IMG/VR virus record: IMGVR_UViG_3300044621_001461
Location: 1,334-65,333 of that record
DNA: 64,000 nt
From: a virus
Lineage: Duplodnaviria > Caudoviricetes
Strand: one strand, 5' to 3'
Part shown: piece by piece, positions 46,781-56,756 of the stretch
Numbering within the stretch: position 1 is the stretch's first letter
How the letters are laid out: each line of letters begins with the position of its first letter
Translations under genes and position numbers: made by a program
Notes under the pieces: model-generated
The model's input: only the letters and a program-made list of their open reading frames with translations
Told to the model about the DNA's origin: nothing
Databases searched by the model: none

Positions 46781-47376
46781 GAAATATCTGGATATGCTTC
46801 TACAACAACTTCTTTTGTAATCTTATACTTTTCACCAAGCTTTTTATCTTTTACAAGACAAATAATTTCTGCTTCAAGTGGATGAAGTCCTTGAAGAAGA
46901 TTGATGAACATTGATTCTCTACGAATGTTGTTAAGACCATCATTACCACCTTTGATAAAGTGATAGAAGTTCTTATATTCTTTACGAATTGTAGTGTGTC
47001 CTTGTTTATCAGTAGACCCTAGAGAGAAGGATCCAGTTTCATGCATTCTGCGAACTTCTTCTGTAATCTTTGTAGAGAGATTGCCAGAATGGACAGTTTG
47101 GTCTTCAAATGCAGAATATGGTACTGGTCCTTCAGGTAGCATTGAAATTATACTCTCATCAAAGTTCCAAATCATAATCGATTTGATTGAAAGATCCTCA
47201 TATTTTTTGAAGAGTTCTACCTTTTTAGCGTTAGACCTTTGGCGCGAAATCAGGTCTAATACTTCAAAAATAAAAGGATTTTTTGGTAAATTGTCAACCG
47301 CCGTAGCTGGAGTAGTTTTCTTTGCCTGAACTACTTTTGCTTTTGTTGCTGCCTTTTTTGTTGTTGTCGTTGTCAT
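46762..47376 (-). CDS. Conserved T4-like hypothetical protein (DUF6433-like)
   Basis: WNFDES..S.LPEG.VPY, RRE.MFI.LL.GLHP.EA. Confidence 0.78.
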   Translation of the reverse strand: MTTTTTKKAATKAKVVQAKKTTPATAVDNLPKNPFIFEVLDLISRQRSNAKKVELFKKYEDLSIKSIMIWNFDESIISMLPEGPVPYSAFEDQTVHSGNLSTKITEEVRRMHETGSFSLGSTDKQGHTTIRKEYKNFYHFIKGGNDGLNNIRRESMFINLLQGLHPLEAEIICLVKDKKLGEKYKITKEVVVEAYPDISWGGRS

Positions 47377-47413
47377 ATGAATTCAAAATCTAAAATGATT
47401 ATACAGTATTTAG

Positions 47414-47644
47414 TTATTCTTCCTCATCTTCATCTTCATAGTCTTCAAAGTAATCAGGATTAAAACTGATTGCTAAAACTTCATCAGGGATTACATTACC
47501 TTTGCTGTCAAAGAATTCTGGATGAAGTTTTGGACGATCCTGATAATTCATCATGTATTCTCTGGCAACCCAACCAGTTACAATCCCCACTACAAGAAAC
47601 AATATGGTTAAAAAACAACCGAAAACTAGACTAGTTGCTAACAT
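47414..47644 (-). CDS. Small membrane protein
   Basis: N-terminal hydrophobic helix; HPEFFD..GN. Confidence 0.72.
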   Translation of the reverse strand: MLATSLVFGCFLTILFLVVGIVTGWVAREYMMNYQDRPKLHPEFFDSKGNVIPDEVLAISFNPDYFEDYEDEDEEE

Positions 47645-47835
47645 TTCTTTTTCTCCGGGAAACTACTTTTCTTTTCCTTGACATAAAGGAAAATTCAAAA
47701 TAGATGGTTACTTCCCGATTCAGAAAGCAAACCATCTTTTCAAAGATGATATGGAAGGGCTGAGTTTGCTTTCTTTTACCTCCATGAAGAATAAGTTCAA
47801 TACCACGATTTCTGTGGTCTTCCTTTTTATTTATG

Positions 47836-48078
47836 TCAAGATTTGATGATTTGTTGTTCCTTGAGGAATTTGATTGTGTCAACGGATCCTCCTAATTTTT
47901 TATCATCACAGACAACTTGTGGAAATGTAGAGTCATTACCAAACTCAGCATAAAACTCATCTTTGGTAAAATGCTCATTCAAATTATAAACCACAAAGTT
48001 ACTTCCTGTCAACTCTAACACTTGTTTAACCTTATAGCAATAGGGGCAATTTTCTTTGGAATATACTGTGAAATTCAT
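47836..48078 (-). CDS. nrdC: Glutaredoxin
   Basis: VYSK.NCPYC, TFPQV, LGG. Confidence 0.92.
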   Translation of the reverse strand: MNFTVYSKENCPYCYKVKQVLELTGSNFVVYNLNEHFTKDEFYAEFGNDSTFPQVVCDDKKLGGSVDTIKFLKEQQIIKS

Positions 48079-48111
48079 AGTTTGTTATAATTTTATAATA
48101 ATTTATAATAG

Positions 48112-48210
48112 AAAAAAAGGAGGGTTTAAACCCTCCCCATTAACCACCAACTTACCTCTCCCACCACAGAGAGGATCTTTCATTCTCAAAGATACAAAGA
48201 TTTGAAAGAC
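48112..48210 (-). ncRNA. Candidate ~100-nt small RNA with its own promoter and terminator
   Basis: TTGACA-N17-TATAAT (48245-48217); stems TCTTTCA/TGAAAGA and CCTCTC/GAGAGG; terminator GGAGGGTTTAAACCCTCC-T7. Confidence 0.6.
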
Positions 48211-48241
48211 TTGAATATTATAAGGTATTTTGAGTCAGGTG

Positions 48242-48610
48242 TCAAGCAGGTTGAAGACTGGCAATGTACTCTTGACAAGCAACAATGTCTGCCTCCAATG
48301 CTTCAATTTGCTCTTGAATTTGAGTGTACTGTTCAGTCTCTTCTTCAAGAGTTGCAAGGTTTTCTTGAAGTTGTGAAAGATACTCATTATTATTAGCAAT
48401 TCTTGCCTCGTGAGCAGCAATGTCACCCTCTACAGTATAAGGATCTGGAACAGGATGAGTAATTGTTGCTTCAATCTCATAATCATTTCCGTGCTCTGCA
48501 ATGAGAGCATCAACTTCCTCAAGAGTATACCCAGTTTGATTATTACTATCTGTAGTCAAATAGTAAAGATGTGCCAAAGGTAATGTGAGTGTTGTCGTTT
48601 CAGTTGCCAT
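48242..48610 (-). CDS. Acidic coiled-coil hypothetical protein
   Basis: 122-aa ORF with TAAATA upstream. Confidence 0.7.
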   Translation of the reverse strand: MATETTTLTLPLAHLYYLTTDSNNQTGYTLEEVDALIAEHGNDYEIEATITHPVPDPYTVEGDIAAHEARIANNNEYLSQLQENLATLEEETEQYTQIQEQIEALEADIVACQEYIASLQPA

Positions 48611-48638
48611 AATTCGTAATGTTTTTTCTATTTATTTA

Positions 48639-49391
48639 TCAATAGGTTAGATGTTGAAGTGCTACTTTATGTTGTTCGGTAATTAAGAAAGGTTGTGAAG
48701 AAACTTTTTGAAAGACTTCAAAAATATCATTACGATTTGTTTTCCAGTGATGCCCACCACCATCATTTCTTTGTTGGAAACTCGTCCTTTCTTGATGCCT
48801 TGTCACCATTGTTTCAAAATCGAAACGATGTAAATGAGCAATGTATAAGTCCCGATGATAATTATTGTTTCTACCTTTGAGACTATGAAATCCCCAATTC
48901 CATTCAAGAGGAACCTTACTGATTAAGGTTTTATCTTCTGCAGCATCCTTGTACCAAAAATTTCTTTTCTCAAAAATACAATCACCAGGAGAAAGTGCTA
49001 ACTCATTTTGAGTATCTTGAATCACACTATAACCACTACAAGTCGCATACAAATCATCACCTTGAACAAAATCATTTAGAGTTTCATTCAAAGGTTTCTC
49101 AAGAGAATATAAAATCTCATCACTTTCAGCAAAAATTACACATTCATATTCTCGAAGAAGTTCTCTTTGAAAATCTTGTGCGGTTTTAACTAACCATTCG
49201 TGGTCATTGACATATTCGTTTGAAACCAGACGAACATTCACTGGAAGATTTGATGTAGAACCATCCGTAGAAGAATGGTCTAGGACATAAATGTCTTCAT
49301 TCGCAAAGTATTGTTGATAGTGTCTCAACCAAATTGGTAGAAAAATACTTTCATTTTTAACTGTGGTGAAAACAGCACACTTTTTTTTCAT
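48639..49391 (-). CDS. Glycosyltransferase family 2-like (GT-A)
   Basis: T.VKNE..FLP.WL.HY, IYVLD..STDG, ESDE in place of DxDE. Confidence 0.82.
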   Translation of the reverse strand: MKKKCAVFTTVKNESIFLPIWLRHYQQYFANEDIYVLDHSSTDGSTSNLPVNVRLVSNEYVNDHEWLVKTAQDFQRELLREYECVIFAESDEILYSLEKPLNETLNDFVQGDDLYATCSGYSVIQDTQNELALSPGDCIFEKRNFWYKDAAEDKTLISKVPLEWNWGFHSLKGRNNNYHRDLYIAHLHRFDFETMVTRHQERTSFQQRNDGGGHHWKTNRNDIFEVFQKVSSQPFLITEQHKVALQHLTY

Positions 49392-50473
49392 TTACAATCT
49401 CCAAACTTATTCATTGCGGACTTAATCACAGTGTCCATATCCATATACTTATACTCAGCAAGTCTACCACCAAATATAAAGTTTGTCAAAGAAGATGATT
49501 TATTTTTATAGTTTTCATAAATCATTTGATTTCTTTTATCGTTAATTGGATAATAAGGAATCATTCCTTCTTGATATTCTTGTGGATACTCATAAGTAAT
49601 CACAGTTTTTGATGATTGGGTCTTTTCAAAATGCTTGTGCTCTAGGATTCTTGTGTGAGCAACTTCACTGTCGCAATAATTAATCACAGCATTGCCTTGA
49701 AAATTGTCAGTATCTTTAATTTGATGCTCAAATCTCAATGAACGATACTCAAGTTTCCCAAACTCGTAATCAAAGAACTCATCAATACAACCAGTATAAA
49801 CAACTTGGTTTGCTAGTGAATTGAAGTGATTTCTATTCGAAAGATAATCGATATTCAACTGAACTTCAATACCATCAAGCATCTTTTGTATCATTGAAGT
49901 GTAACCACCGATGGGTATTCCCTGATAAGTATCGTTAAAATAATTATTGTTAAAAGTAAATCTTAATGGAAGTCTTTTGATAATAAAAGATGGTAATTCT
50001 GTTGCAGATTTACCCCACTGCTTTTCGGTATAACCTTTAATAAGAGTTTGATAAATGTCCTGTCCTACAAGGGATAATGCTTGCTCTTCAAGATTTGTTG
50101 GAGTTCCTTGAAACTTTTGTTGTTCTATAATTTCTTTTGCCTGGGATGGGGTTGTAACACCCCACAACTCATAGAAGGTATTCATATTAAAAGGAAGTGA
50201 ATATAATTTTCCTTTTGAATATGCTTTAGGTGAATTGATATAGTTGTTGAATTCAGTAAAACGATTGATAAAGTTCCAGACTACTTTGTTGTTTGTGTGA
50301 AAAATATGAGCACCATATTTGTGAATGTTTATTCCTTCTACATTTTCAGTATAGCAATTACCACCAATATGAGGTCTCTTATCAATCACTAAACAAGACC
50401 TGCCAGAATCAGTGGCAAGTCTTGCAAATGTGACACCAAATAATCCAGCACCAACAATTAGATAATCATACAA
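49388..50473 (-). CDS. glf: UDP-galactopyranose mutase
   Basis: YDYLIVGAGLFG, HIGGN, HKYGAHIFHT, YTEKQWG, YQGIP..GYT, PYYP, GRLAEYKY.DM. Confidence 0.96.
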   Translation of the reverse strand: MYDYLIVGAGLFGVTFARLATDSGRSCLVIDKRPHIGGNCYTENVEGINIHKYGAHIFHTNNKVVWNFINRFTEFNNYINSPKAYSKGKLYSLPFNMNTFYELWGVTTPSQAKEIIEQQKFQGTPTNLEEQALSLVGQDIYQTLIKGYTEKQWGKSATELPSFIIKRLPLRFTFNNNYFNDTYQGIPIGGYTSMIQKMLDGIEVQLNIDYLSNRNHFNSLANQVVYTGCIDEFFDYEFGKLEYRSLRFEHQIKDTDNFQGNAVINYCDSEVAHTRILEHKHFEKTQSSKTVITYEYPQEYQEGMIPYYPINDKRNQMIYENYKNKSSSLTNFIFGGRLAEYKYMDMDTVIKSAMNKFGDCK

Positions 50474-52330
50474 TCAACCTTTCCTCCAAAGTTGTTTTGA
50501 GAATTGAACCCAATCTTGAACTCTGGTGTCCCAACTGTAATACTGATTGCATACTTTTACCTGAAGAGTATTATCAAACTTACCTTCACGATACTCGGTA
50601 ATCGTTCTCTTGAGTTCTCTTGCAAATCGTTCAATATGTTTTTGACGATCAGGAATAAAACCATACTGTCGTGCAAAACCTAGACCAGTTTCGGGAAGTG
50701 CAGCAAGATTACTAGAAAGAACAGAACATCCAGCACACAATGCTTCAATCATAGAAATACAGGAGGTTTCCATAAAGTATGTTGGATAGGCAAAGATGTG
50801 AGTATTCATCAGTTGCTCTCTCACTTTAGAATTATTCGTGCGAGTATGACGAACAACTCTCTTATCCTCATTTGCAAGTTTCAAGCAATAACGAAGGAAT
50901 TGTTGTTCTTGCTCATTAACGTGTGAGTATTCATAAGTTTGTAGACCTTGATGATACTGTTTGATTCTTTCGTCAGGATCAATCTCGTGGAAAACGTGAA
51001 GTTCAATATCTTCTTCTGGAATAAGTCTAAGTGATTCCAAAAGAATATCAAGACCACGAATGGGATTTGAATGAAACATCAAGTTAAGTTTGTTTCCTTC
51101 TGGTTTCTTGTGAGGTTCAAATGGTTGTGTTGCATTCTTAAGTACATAACACTTCTCTGCGGGCAGTTGGAACCTTTCCATAAACCTTTCATACTGCCAA
51201 TCAGACACGAATACATATGCCTTAAAATGTTTTAAGAACTGCTTGTCCAGTAGTGTCTCAAGACCATCTTCCATATGATGCATATGCACCCAAACTAGAT
51301 TTGAACTGTCTGGGGACAAAGTATTATCACCTGGAAGAACACACCAATGCCAATCGGCAAGATCTGGTGCAGCAGGCAAAACCAAGTCCTGCCAAGCACG
51401 ACCCATAAGTTCCGTACCACCAACTCCATCAGGATTTAAAGTTGCTTCCAGAAGAGGAGGCATATTATTATGTAAATATTCTGGTTTTGTAACTACTGTT
51501 TCCGTCATTTCATAAAACTCCTGTGAAAATGTTTTCGTTATAACTCTTCTTAAATCTTCTGGAAAATTTAAAAAGTTATAGTTGTGAAATTTTTTGTTTT
51601 CGTGCTTTCTATTTAAAATATCAGTTTTGTTTTGAATAGCATCTTGAATACTTTGCTGATTATTTACTTCACCATTATTAAATTCTTGGTGTGCATAAGA
51701 GTTCAACTTATCTTGAATTTGTTTGATGCCACCAAAGAATGTGAAGTGCCATCCAGCATTCTCAAAGAAAGGAAACTCATAAGAACGACCTCTCAAAAAG
51801 TCTGCATCAGTTTTAGATGCGGTCTCAACATTCGTGAATACAGTTCCACCCCAAGTGCTGTTCTCGTAAGTGAAGAAATTATAATAGAAGTTATCACATC
51901 TCGCAAGAGCAAGTTTGTTCTCGGGAAGTCCATTTTGTTTGAGATGTTGAATCAATTCCTTGCGGGGAATCTCATCAGCATCACTCAACATAAACAAATC
52001 ATCAGGAGAGAAGTTCTTAAGACCCTCTAGTATGTGATTTCTTTGACCTCTCTCTAGTTTCCAGAACCCAGATTCAAAATTACATTCTTTTTTATTTGAG
52101 AAATCATAATCACTAATATCTGGTTCGTAATGAACTGAAATGATTTTAGAACGAAGTTCTTCATCAAACTCATTAATGATTTGATTAAGATAATATGGTT
52201 TTTCTTTACCAGAGTGTGTGTAATTACATTCACTAATGATAAAATAATCTACAGTATCTCGTAAGTATTCTAATCTTAATTTAAGAATATCAAATTCATT
52301 AAAGAATGAAAATCCATCTATAACTTTCAT
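50474..52330 (-). CDS. Bifunctional glycosyltransferase: GT17-like plus GT-B (GT4-like)
   Basis: D.F.FFNE.DIL..RL, E..QRN, SDADEIP, AGWHF.F; then GGTELM, FVS.WQ, P.RGL, YP..F.ETSCI...EA. Confidence 0.88.
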   Translation of the reverse strand: MKVIDGFSFFNEFDILKLRLEYLRDTVDYFIISECNYTHSGKEKPYYLNQIINEFDEELRSKIISVHYEPDISDYDFSNKKECNFESGFWKLERGQRNHILEGLKNFSPDDLFMLSDADEIPRKELIQHLKQNGLPENKLALARCDNFYYNFFTYENSTWGGTVFTNVETASKTDADFLRGRSYEFPFFENAGWHFTFFGGIKQIQDKLNSYAHQEFNNGEVNNQQSIQDAIQNKTDILNRKHENKKFHNYNFLNFPEDLRRVITKTFSQEFYEMTETVVTKPEYLHNNMPPLLEATLNPDGVGGTELMGRAWQDLVLPAAPDLADWHWCVLPGDNTLSPDSSNLVWVHMHHMEDGLETLLDKQFLKHFKAYVFVSDWQYERFMERFQLPAEKCYVLKNATQPFEPHKKPEGNKLNLMFHSNPIRGLDILLESLRLIPEEDIELHVFHEIDPDERIKQYHQGLQTYEYSHVNEQEQQFLRYCLKLANEDKRVVRHTRTNNSKVREQLMNTHIFAYPTYFMETSCISMIEALCAGCSVLSSNLAALPETGLGFARQYGFIPDRQKHIERFARELKRTITEYREGKFDNTLQVKVCNQYYSWDTRVQDWVQFSKQLWRKG

Positions 52331-53172
52331 TCAAGAACCTCCTTTAAGAATTCTTCCATTGGTGATTTCTTAAAGATTTCAAGACCCTTTTCTGCTTGAG
52401 CATCAAGTTCTTCTGGTTTCTTGAGAAGTTTGTATGCAGTATCTACGAAACGATTGTATGTCGATTCAAATACTGTGCCTTCCATATAAGCAGGAAAATC
52501 AGTATCTGGATTTCTTTCAGTAAGAACAGGAACTTTATTTTGAATCAAATGGGACACACGAATAATCTCAAAAATTTGATTATTCATATTATGAAGATTG
52601 ATGACTAGTTTTGCTCGTTTAATATACTCATCTCTATCGTCACCATAAGTGCTTTGAATATGTACAAAGTTAAGTTTAGGATTATTCTCAAACTGCTTTA
52701 GGATATGAGTTCTTCTTTCTGTGGGGCATCCGTAGAAAAGAATGTCAATGTCTCTGTCCTGTGGTTTGTTGCGTTCAAAGTAAGTAATTTCTGGAACATA
52801 ACCAACCTTACAATGCTTTATGTTCTCCACTCCTGCTTTGCGAAGAACTTCAGCATTTCTCATTGAATAGTCCCATACTTCTAAACCACGATACTTACGA
52901 CACCAACGAATACACTCTGGACCATCTTTCATTTGCTCCAAAGAATAGATGATAGTATCTTTTGGAATATCGTGCCTCACCACATCTACAGGGCAGTGAT
53001 GCATTCCAAAGACAATGTTTCTTCTACCAGGAACAAAATCATTTACACTATTCGTTACATCGTGCCCCAAACATTGAAGAGAAAAAAACATTGCTGCTTC
53101 AATTTCATGAAACACTTGCGAATGAACATAAAATCCATTGTCAGGAACAATTCGTACTAAATTAAATTTCAC
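52327..53172 (-). CDS. GT-B-like glycosyltransferase; probable GTG start at 53172
   Basis: YSLEQ, VWDYS..N, DIDILFYG....RR, K.VINLH, FE..R. Confidence 0.75.
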   Translation of the reverse strand: MKFNLVRIVPDNGFYVHSQVFHEIEAAMFFSLQCLGHDVTNSVNDFVPGRRNIVFGMHHCPVDVVRHDIPKDTIIYSLEQMKDGPECIRWCRKYRGLEVWDYSMRNAEVLRKAGVENIKHCKVGYVPEITYFERNKPQDRDIDILFYGCPTERRTHILKQFENNPKLNFVHIQSTYGDDRDEYIKRAKLVINLHNMNNQIFEIIRVSHLIQNKVPVLTERNPDTDFPAYMEGTVFESTYNRFVDTAYKLLKKPEELDAQAEKGLEIFKKSPMEEFLKEVLE

Positions 53173-55294
53173 GGATAAACTCTCCAAAATTCTTTTTGAT
53201 TTCACTGATAAGATTTATATCTCTAGAAACAACTCCTAATCCATTACAGTGACCGAAGTTTGTTTTTGGTAGATTGATTTCTTTGAAGAACCTACTCACA
53301 CCAAACTTGGGGTCATCAACCATCGTATCGTGCATTAGAATTATACCATCTTCTTTAAGAAATGGTGCCCACTTCTCAAAGTCATTCTTAACTGCTTCAT
53401 AGGTATGCAGACCATCAATGTGAAGAATATCAATTGGTTTCGTCCAAGTCTTTGCAACATCATCAAAGAATCCCTTGATAATTGAAACATTAGTCAATTC
53501 AAGTTCTTTGACCTTATCCATCACATACTCATAAGTATCTCGTTCTCCAGCACAAATATCTCCTTCAAAACTATCAATACCATACACATCCCCAATTCCA
53601 GGAATTGCGAAACAGAATGTTGAGTAACCATAATCAACACCCAAGTCTACAGTTGTGCTTGGTTGTTTGCGACGAACAATCCAGTCAGCAAATTGTCTAT
53701 GGTCTCTCCAGTTGAAATTATTCTTATTTCCAACTTCCATCAAAATATCAAGATTATTTCTTGTGTATTCAGTCTCATCTCTTTCAACATCATCACGATA
53801 CATCTCTGGGGGATAGTAGGTGAAGTATCTTTCAAGACCTTGATTATCATACTGATGATGACGACGATAATGAAAACAATGTTGTTTTGGAATACCAGTT
53901 GCCATCCATAGTTCAAAGCAATAACGATAGTTCTGTAGTTCTCGCATCATTGCTTCTACATCCATATACTCTTCAATCTTGAGTGGATGCTTCAGTTTAC
54001 GAATGTAATCGTTTCGTGCCCACCAGAAATTTCCAGCATAGTGCTGAACCACAAAATCAAGTTTGATGTCGTGTCTTTCTACCCAATCAACACCACAGCA
54101 ATCATAACCTTCATCAAGTTTTGCAACACAATCTTCCCACTTCTCAACATTGAAGTACTGCATATAGTGCCTCCAATCTTTGATTGCACCAGGTATGTGA
54201 GTTGAATAAGAACTCATACCTTTGTTGTGGAAGTAGAAGACATAACCATCTTCATGTAGACAGTGTTCGTAAATCTTCGCAAGAGTCTGCCCTTCATAAA
54301 GATTTGGTTGCTCTCCAACAGGTTTAATATCAATAATATTTACAAAAGGATAACGGTCTTTGATATAACCAATCACCATTTCATCATAAGAATGCCCAGT
54401 CTTGGAATTATAAAGTCCCAAAGGCAGAGTCATACACATATTAATCTTTGCCTTATCTGCAAGACCAACAGTTTTCAACAGACTCATCTGCTCGTCGATC
54501 CACCATACCCACATATTGTTGGTGTCGGGGATAAACATATGGTAAAAGACATTGATAGTCTTTTCAGTTTTCTTTTCGTTTCTATAATTTAACATAGAGT
54601 TCTCCAATCTTGCATATTTTTCTCTTGGATAAGGTTGTAGATAATGATTTGTATGACTGTAATGTATCGAATCTACCTTTGGTTTATTATACAACACCCA
54701 CATCTCATAAGAAAATGTGTGCCCTGCTAGTTTCTCTGTAAGACTTTCATCATAATATAAACTTCGGTTGAGAACATCAGGAAGAGTACGAATATAATTT
54801 GTCGTTGCCCACCAGAAGTTTCCAGAAAGATGTGGGTAAGGTTCTTGATTATAATTTGTTCCTACAACACTTACATCTTCTAGTTTTTTAACACAATCCT
54901 TCCATTGTTCAACCATCCAGTAATTCATATAATGTCTCCAATCCCTTGTAGGAATTGTTTGATATGAATTGATTGAATGTAATACTCCTTTTGAATGAAG
55001 GTAGAGCACATACCCATCATTATTCTTGGAGTATTCTTGAAGTTCTTTAAGTGTCTGCCCCTCGTAAAAATTATCTTCGGTGCTTCTTCTAGAAGATAGA
55101 ACAGTTGCAAATGAATATTCTTTGTTGAGATAATCTCTTACCTCATCAAAATATTCATCAGGAGCAACATAACAAACATAAGTCTTTGCCACATCTGCTA
55201 GACCAACTTGTTTAATCAGTCCTAGTTGCTCATCAATAAAGTCTTTCCATAGATGATTCAGTGCTGCTAAATGATAAAAGACTGCAAGTTTCAT
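53162..55294 (-). CDS. Two YxHxKG-motif glycan-related domains fused to a class I SAM methyltransferase
   Basis: Duplicated YEGQTL..YxHxKG..WRHYM..GNFWW; VDLGVDYGYS, YGIDSFEGD, LHIDGLHTYEAV..D, HD. Confidence 0.75.
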   Translation of the reverse strand: MKLAVFYHLAALNHLWKDFIDEQLGLIKQVGLADVAKTYVCYVAPDEYFDEVRDYLNKEYSFATVLSSRRSTEDNFYEGQTLKELQEYSKNNDGYVLYLHSKGVLHSINSYQTIPTRDWRHYMNYWMVEQWKDCVKKLEDVSVVGTNYNQEPYPHLSGNFWWATTNYIRTLPDVLNRSLYYDESLTEKLAGHTFSYEMWVLYNKPKVDSIHYSHTNHYLQPYPREKYARLENSMLNYRNEKKTEKTINVFYHMFIPDTNNMWVWWIDEQMSLLKTVGLADKAKINMCMTLPLGLYNSKTGHSYDEMVIGYIKDRYPFVNIIDIKPVGEQPNLYEGQTLAKIYEHCLHEDGYVFYFHNKGMSSYSTHIPGAIKDWRHYMQYFNVEKWEDCVAKLDEGYDCCGVDWVERHDIKLDFVVQHYAGNFWWARNDYIRKLKHPLKIEEYMDVEAMMRELQNYRYCFELWMATGIPKQHCFHYRRHHQYDNQGLERYFTYYPPEMYRDDVERDETEYTRNNLDILMEVGNKNNFNWRDHRQFADWIVRRKQPSTTVDLGVDYGYSTFCFAIPGIGDVYGIDSFEGDICAGERDTYEYVMDKVKELELTNVSIIKGFFDDVAKTWTKPIDILHIDGLHTYEAVKNDFEKWAPFLKEDGIILMHDTMVDDPKFGVSRFFKEINLPKTNFGHCNGLGVVSRDINLISEIKKNFGEFIREI

Positions 55295-55986
55295 ACAACA
55301 ACATTACTCTTAACATGCCCCACGATGACTTGAGGATCAAGATAAACTTGATGCCCTTGCTCTGCGACTTTCTCACAGAAGTAGAGGTCTTCACCTAATG
55401 GGAGTTCATAGACGACTCCATCGACCTCTTGAATCACCTTACCAAGACCAAACCATGGTCTCTTGAGTGATTCAAACACACCAGACTTGACACACATAAA
55501 ACCAAGACCAACTCCATAAACTTCAATCGGTTCATCAAGTTGCTGAAGAAGTTGAATCTCTTCTCTCTTCATTGGTTTGAAATCATTCTTTGCACGATGC
55601 ACCATTGCATCTGCTCCTTGTGCTTCAAAATACACAGCAGAAATTAAGTCCTTATTGGATGCATAAAGACGTAAGAACTGCTCTGGATTCCAGACAATAT
55701 CACTATCAATCATAAAGAGTTTGTCGTATGTGTATTGCCCCTTTCCTGGTGCAGGATTAAAGACTTCTAAATTACGACTTCCAGTGATGGTTGCTTCTCT
55801 TGCATTTGTAATGATAGAAGCATACTCACTTTGAAAAATCCAAGAAATATTATTTGCCTCAAGAGTATGAATTGTTGCCATTAGACACTTCACATACTCG
55901 GCACACATATGATGCCCTGGAGTTGTGATGACCACATTAAAGTGTGGTACTGTTGCTTGTTGCGGAGAATTAGAATAATTTAACAT
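55291..55986 (-). CDS. GT-A-fold glycosyltransferase-like protein
   Basis: I.NAR, IDSDI, G.GFM, RPWF, GEDLYFC, VGH.K. Confidence 0.8.
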   Translation of the reverse strand: MLNYSNSPQQATVPHFNVVITTPGHHMCAEYVKCLMATIHTLEANNISWIFQSEYASIITNAREATITGSRNLEVFNPAPGKGQYTYDKLFMIDSDIVWNPEQFLRLYASNKDLISAVYFEAQGADAMVHRAKNDFKPMKREEIQLLQQLDEPIEVYGVGLGFMCVKSGVFESLKRPWFGLGKVIQEVDGVVYELPLGEDLYFCEKVAEQGHQVYLDPQVIVGHVKSNVVV

Positions 55987-55990
55987 AGTC

Positions 55991-56710
55991 TTACAGAATT
56001 ACCATTTTTTGATGACCGACTCGAACCTTTGGATTGCACCAGATTTCAAAACCATACTCTCTTAAATCTTCACACATTGCAACGTCTTCGGAACACATAT
56101 CCTCAAGAACAGTCCCATCATCTTTGATGAGTTGAACTTTCTTCGGTGCAAACCAAGGATAAGGAACTTTTTCGAAGACACCTTTTTTCATCAACACCCA
56201 TCCAAAACCACAATATTCAACTTTAAATGGACCTGGACGACGTTGCATTTCTTCAACGGTTTCAAAGTGATAAGAACCTTTAGTCATCAAAAGTTGCCTG
56301 TCCATATTGACAACAACAGTTGATTGATTTGCGACTGGAGTTCCGTTTGATTGAACGTACCAACCCGTTGCAACATCTTTATCCATCAACAGAAGTTCCA
56401 AAAGGTCTTCTGTCTTGAAAATAATATCACTATCAATCCACATAATATAATCATAAGGAACCTGCCCCCTAAAAGGAGTCAGCATCGTTCCTGCATAATT
56501 ATCTGCCTGCAGACAATCAGTTCGTGCGTGATTCACCATCGAACTGTATTGTTGAGAGATATAAAAATTAATTCCTTGTTGGTTTAGGTCAAACAGCAGT
56601 CTTACAAACTGCGTCATAAAGGTTCCAGAATACATTAATCCTGGAAGACAAAATGCGATTGTTTTACCTTTAAAATTATTTTTCGGTTGATTTGTATAAT
56701 TCAGGGGCAT
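55991..56710 (-). CDS. GT-A-fold glycosyltransferase-like protein (paralog of 55291..55986)
   Basis: SSMVNHAR, WIDSDI, GFGW, YPWF, SEDV.MC, VGHQK. Confidence 0.82.
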   Translation of the reverse strand: MPLNYTNQPKNNFKGKTIAFCLPGLMYSGTFMTQFVRLLFDLNQQGINFYISQQYSSMVNHARTDCLQADNYAGTMLTPFRGQVPYDYIMWIDSDIIFKTEDLLELLLMDKDVATGWYVQSNGTPVANQSTVVVNMDRQLLMTKGSYHFETVEEMQRRPGPFKVEYCGFGWVLMKKGVFEKVPYPWFAPKKVQLIKDDGTVLEDMCSEDVAMCEDLREYGFEIWCNPKVRVGHQKMVIL

Positions 56711-56756
56711 ACAACAAAGTCAATATAGAATTCATTATAACATATGTATGCGTCTT

